In this document: in pieces, positions 62,551 through 64,000 of the stretch | Numbering within the stretch: position 1 is the first letter of the stretch | Layout of the letters: the number at the start of each line of letters is the position of its first letter | Assembly (NCBI RefSeq): GCF_011386835.1 | Contig: NC_088809.1 | Coordinates: forward strand, 6,696,001 to 6,760,000 | DNA from: Chrysemys picta bellii | Lineage: Eukaryota | DNA length: 64,000 nucleotides | Direction of reading: 5' to 3' | Notes under the pieces: generated by a model | Database searches by the model: none | What the model saw: only the letters and a program-made list of their open reading frames with translations | Told to the model about the DNA's origin: nothing | Position numbers and translations under genes: made by a program

Positions 62551-64000
62551 CCTACTCTGGAATTGCATATGACTAACATAAAACTGTCTGTCTGTCTATC
62601 TAATCGTTTTCGGCATTCATTAAGTTCTTCAGCTGGACTGTGGTTCTCTCTTGAAAAGCCACACTCAGGTTCAAGCATGCCAAAGATTGGCCTACAACCA
62701 TGGGTCAATTTCAGAACTAGGGCAAGTGGACAGCTCCCTGTTCCTACTTTGGCAGAGGCAGTGCTGGAACTGCTTTTAACTCTTCCATAGGCACCAACAT
62801 CACTGATTTGAGATCTTCAGGTCCTTGCTTTGTAATGCACTTGTGGAGAAATTCAGACTGAGTGCATGGGGGGAGCAAAAAAACCAAACAAGGAGAGCTT
62901 TTTTTAATGAGCAAAAACTGATTGTGAAATGCAATCATCCAAATGGTCTGTTAGGTGCTTCTCTGGATGCACCCGTTTGTCTTGCTCTGATAAAATAGCA
63001 ATGCGGCTGTTTTGAAAGGAAAGTTTTGGGAGTTAAATCAATTTTCTTTACATTATTTTAATTTTACCTGATTATTCAGTTAATCCTTGACCCTGAGCAC
63101 AGGAATTGTGAGTAGCAGTTATTTATCTGCTGACAGTTCTGTGTCTGTCTGCCTGATTTGTCTGTCCCTTTATTGGAAACATACGATTTATTTTGCATTA
63201 AGAGATAAAAATAAATCCATGGATACTATTTACTTTGCCTTTGGAAATGTGCTTCTGCTGTGCTTGCATTACTCGCAGCCTTTCTTATTTTTTGTATTGT
63301 TTCATGTTTTTAAAGGAGACGTTGTGTTCATTTGCATGAAAATTTTCAGAAATAGAAAAAATGAAAGTTTCAGCTATTTATTTATAATCGGTCTTTTCTG
63401 TGTGCAAAAATGTATTTCTTTTTCTATTAACATAGCACTCACCATAGTTTACTGTAACCCTTTTAATTGCAAAATATAGATGAATTGTCTCTCTTTGGTG
63501 AAACATTTGTGATTCTATACTTTCTACCTTTTTATTTCTTCATATTTCTGCTTTTCACACTGCACCCACTTTAAAACTTGAACTATAATCTCAGTTAAAA
63601 ACACACTTCAGTTTTACAATATCAAGACTGCAATGGAGTTAATCATGTACCAAGAAAATTGTTGGAGTTTTTAAATAAAAAGAGCAAACATTTTATAACG
63701 GGTATTAAAGTTTGTTCATCTGCATCTAATTAAAAAGAGGGAGGGTCCCCTCCCCAAAATTGGATATTTGAATAGTTTATTTTTTCATATTTCCTTACGT
63801 AGACTAGACTAATTTTTCAACTTTGCCCTTTATTGTTCAAAATAAACTTTTGGGATACATTTTTTGGGGGGGAATTTTGGGATAGAAGTTTTGAGTAATC
63901 TGAGGTAGTCCTAAAGCACTACATGAATGGTTGTATATACAGAAATTTGCACTTAGAAATCCTTATTACACAAGCTCACCTTTTTGATTGAAAAGACTAC

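Noticed and set aside
61665-62790. Short antisense and overlapping ORFs around the GPCR
   Set aside because: Shadow frames of the real CDS and its 3' UTR.
1-64000. Second tandem carbonic anhydrase, CRISPR array, rRNA or prokaryotic/viral system
   Set aside because: No further WCY, QSP, HxHW or GSLTTP exons were spotted on either strand, and no repeat-spacer array, rRNA or operon-like structure was seen; the sequence is intron- and TE-rich eukaryotic DNA.

Overview
Vertebrate genomic DNA, almost certainly turtle (inferred from the tortoise-type tRNA SINE, Penelope-like, CR1, hAT, Harbinger and piggyBac repeats). Two protein-coding genes are supported, arranged head-to-head. (1) An 8-exon GPI-anchored CA4-type alpha-carbonic anhydrase on the minus strand, assembled by hand: CDS join 45861-45804, 29255-29202, 28083-27913, 23773-23622, 22861-22769, 22184-22121, 21206-21043, 19072-18881; 948 nt, 315 aa, with an intact catalytic motif set. 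The ORF track shows only two of its exons. (2) An intronless 320-aa class A GPCR (61588-62550, +) of the EDG/LPAR-S1PR/GPR3-6-12 type that lacks the residues known to bind lysophospholipid head groups, so it is probably an orphan receptor. The rest is mostly transposon-derived. Highlights: a four-part Penelope-like insertion containing a 27-nt filler that matches unique DNA 3.5 kb away; hammerhead-ribozyme-like motifs in Penelope ends; a foldback hAT holding the first AATAAA after the CA stop; and an LF-SINE between the two gene starts. Repeat-family names come from recalled consensus features, not a database search.
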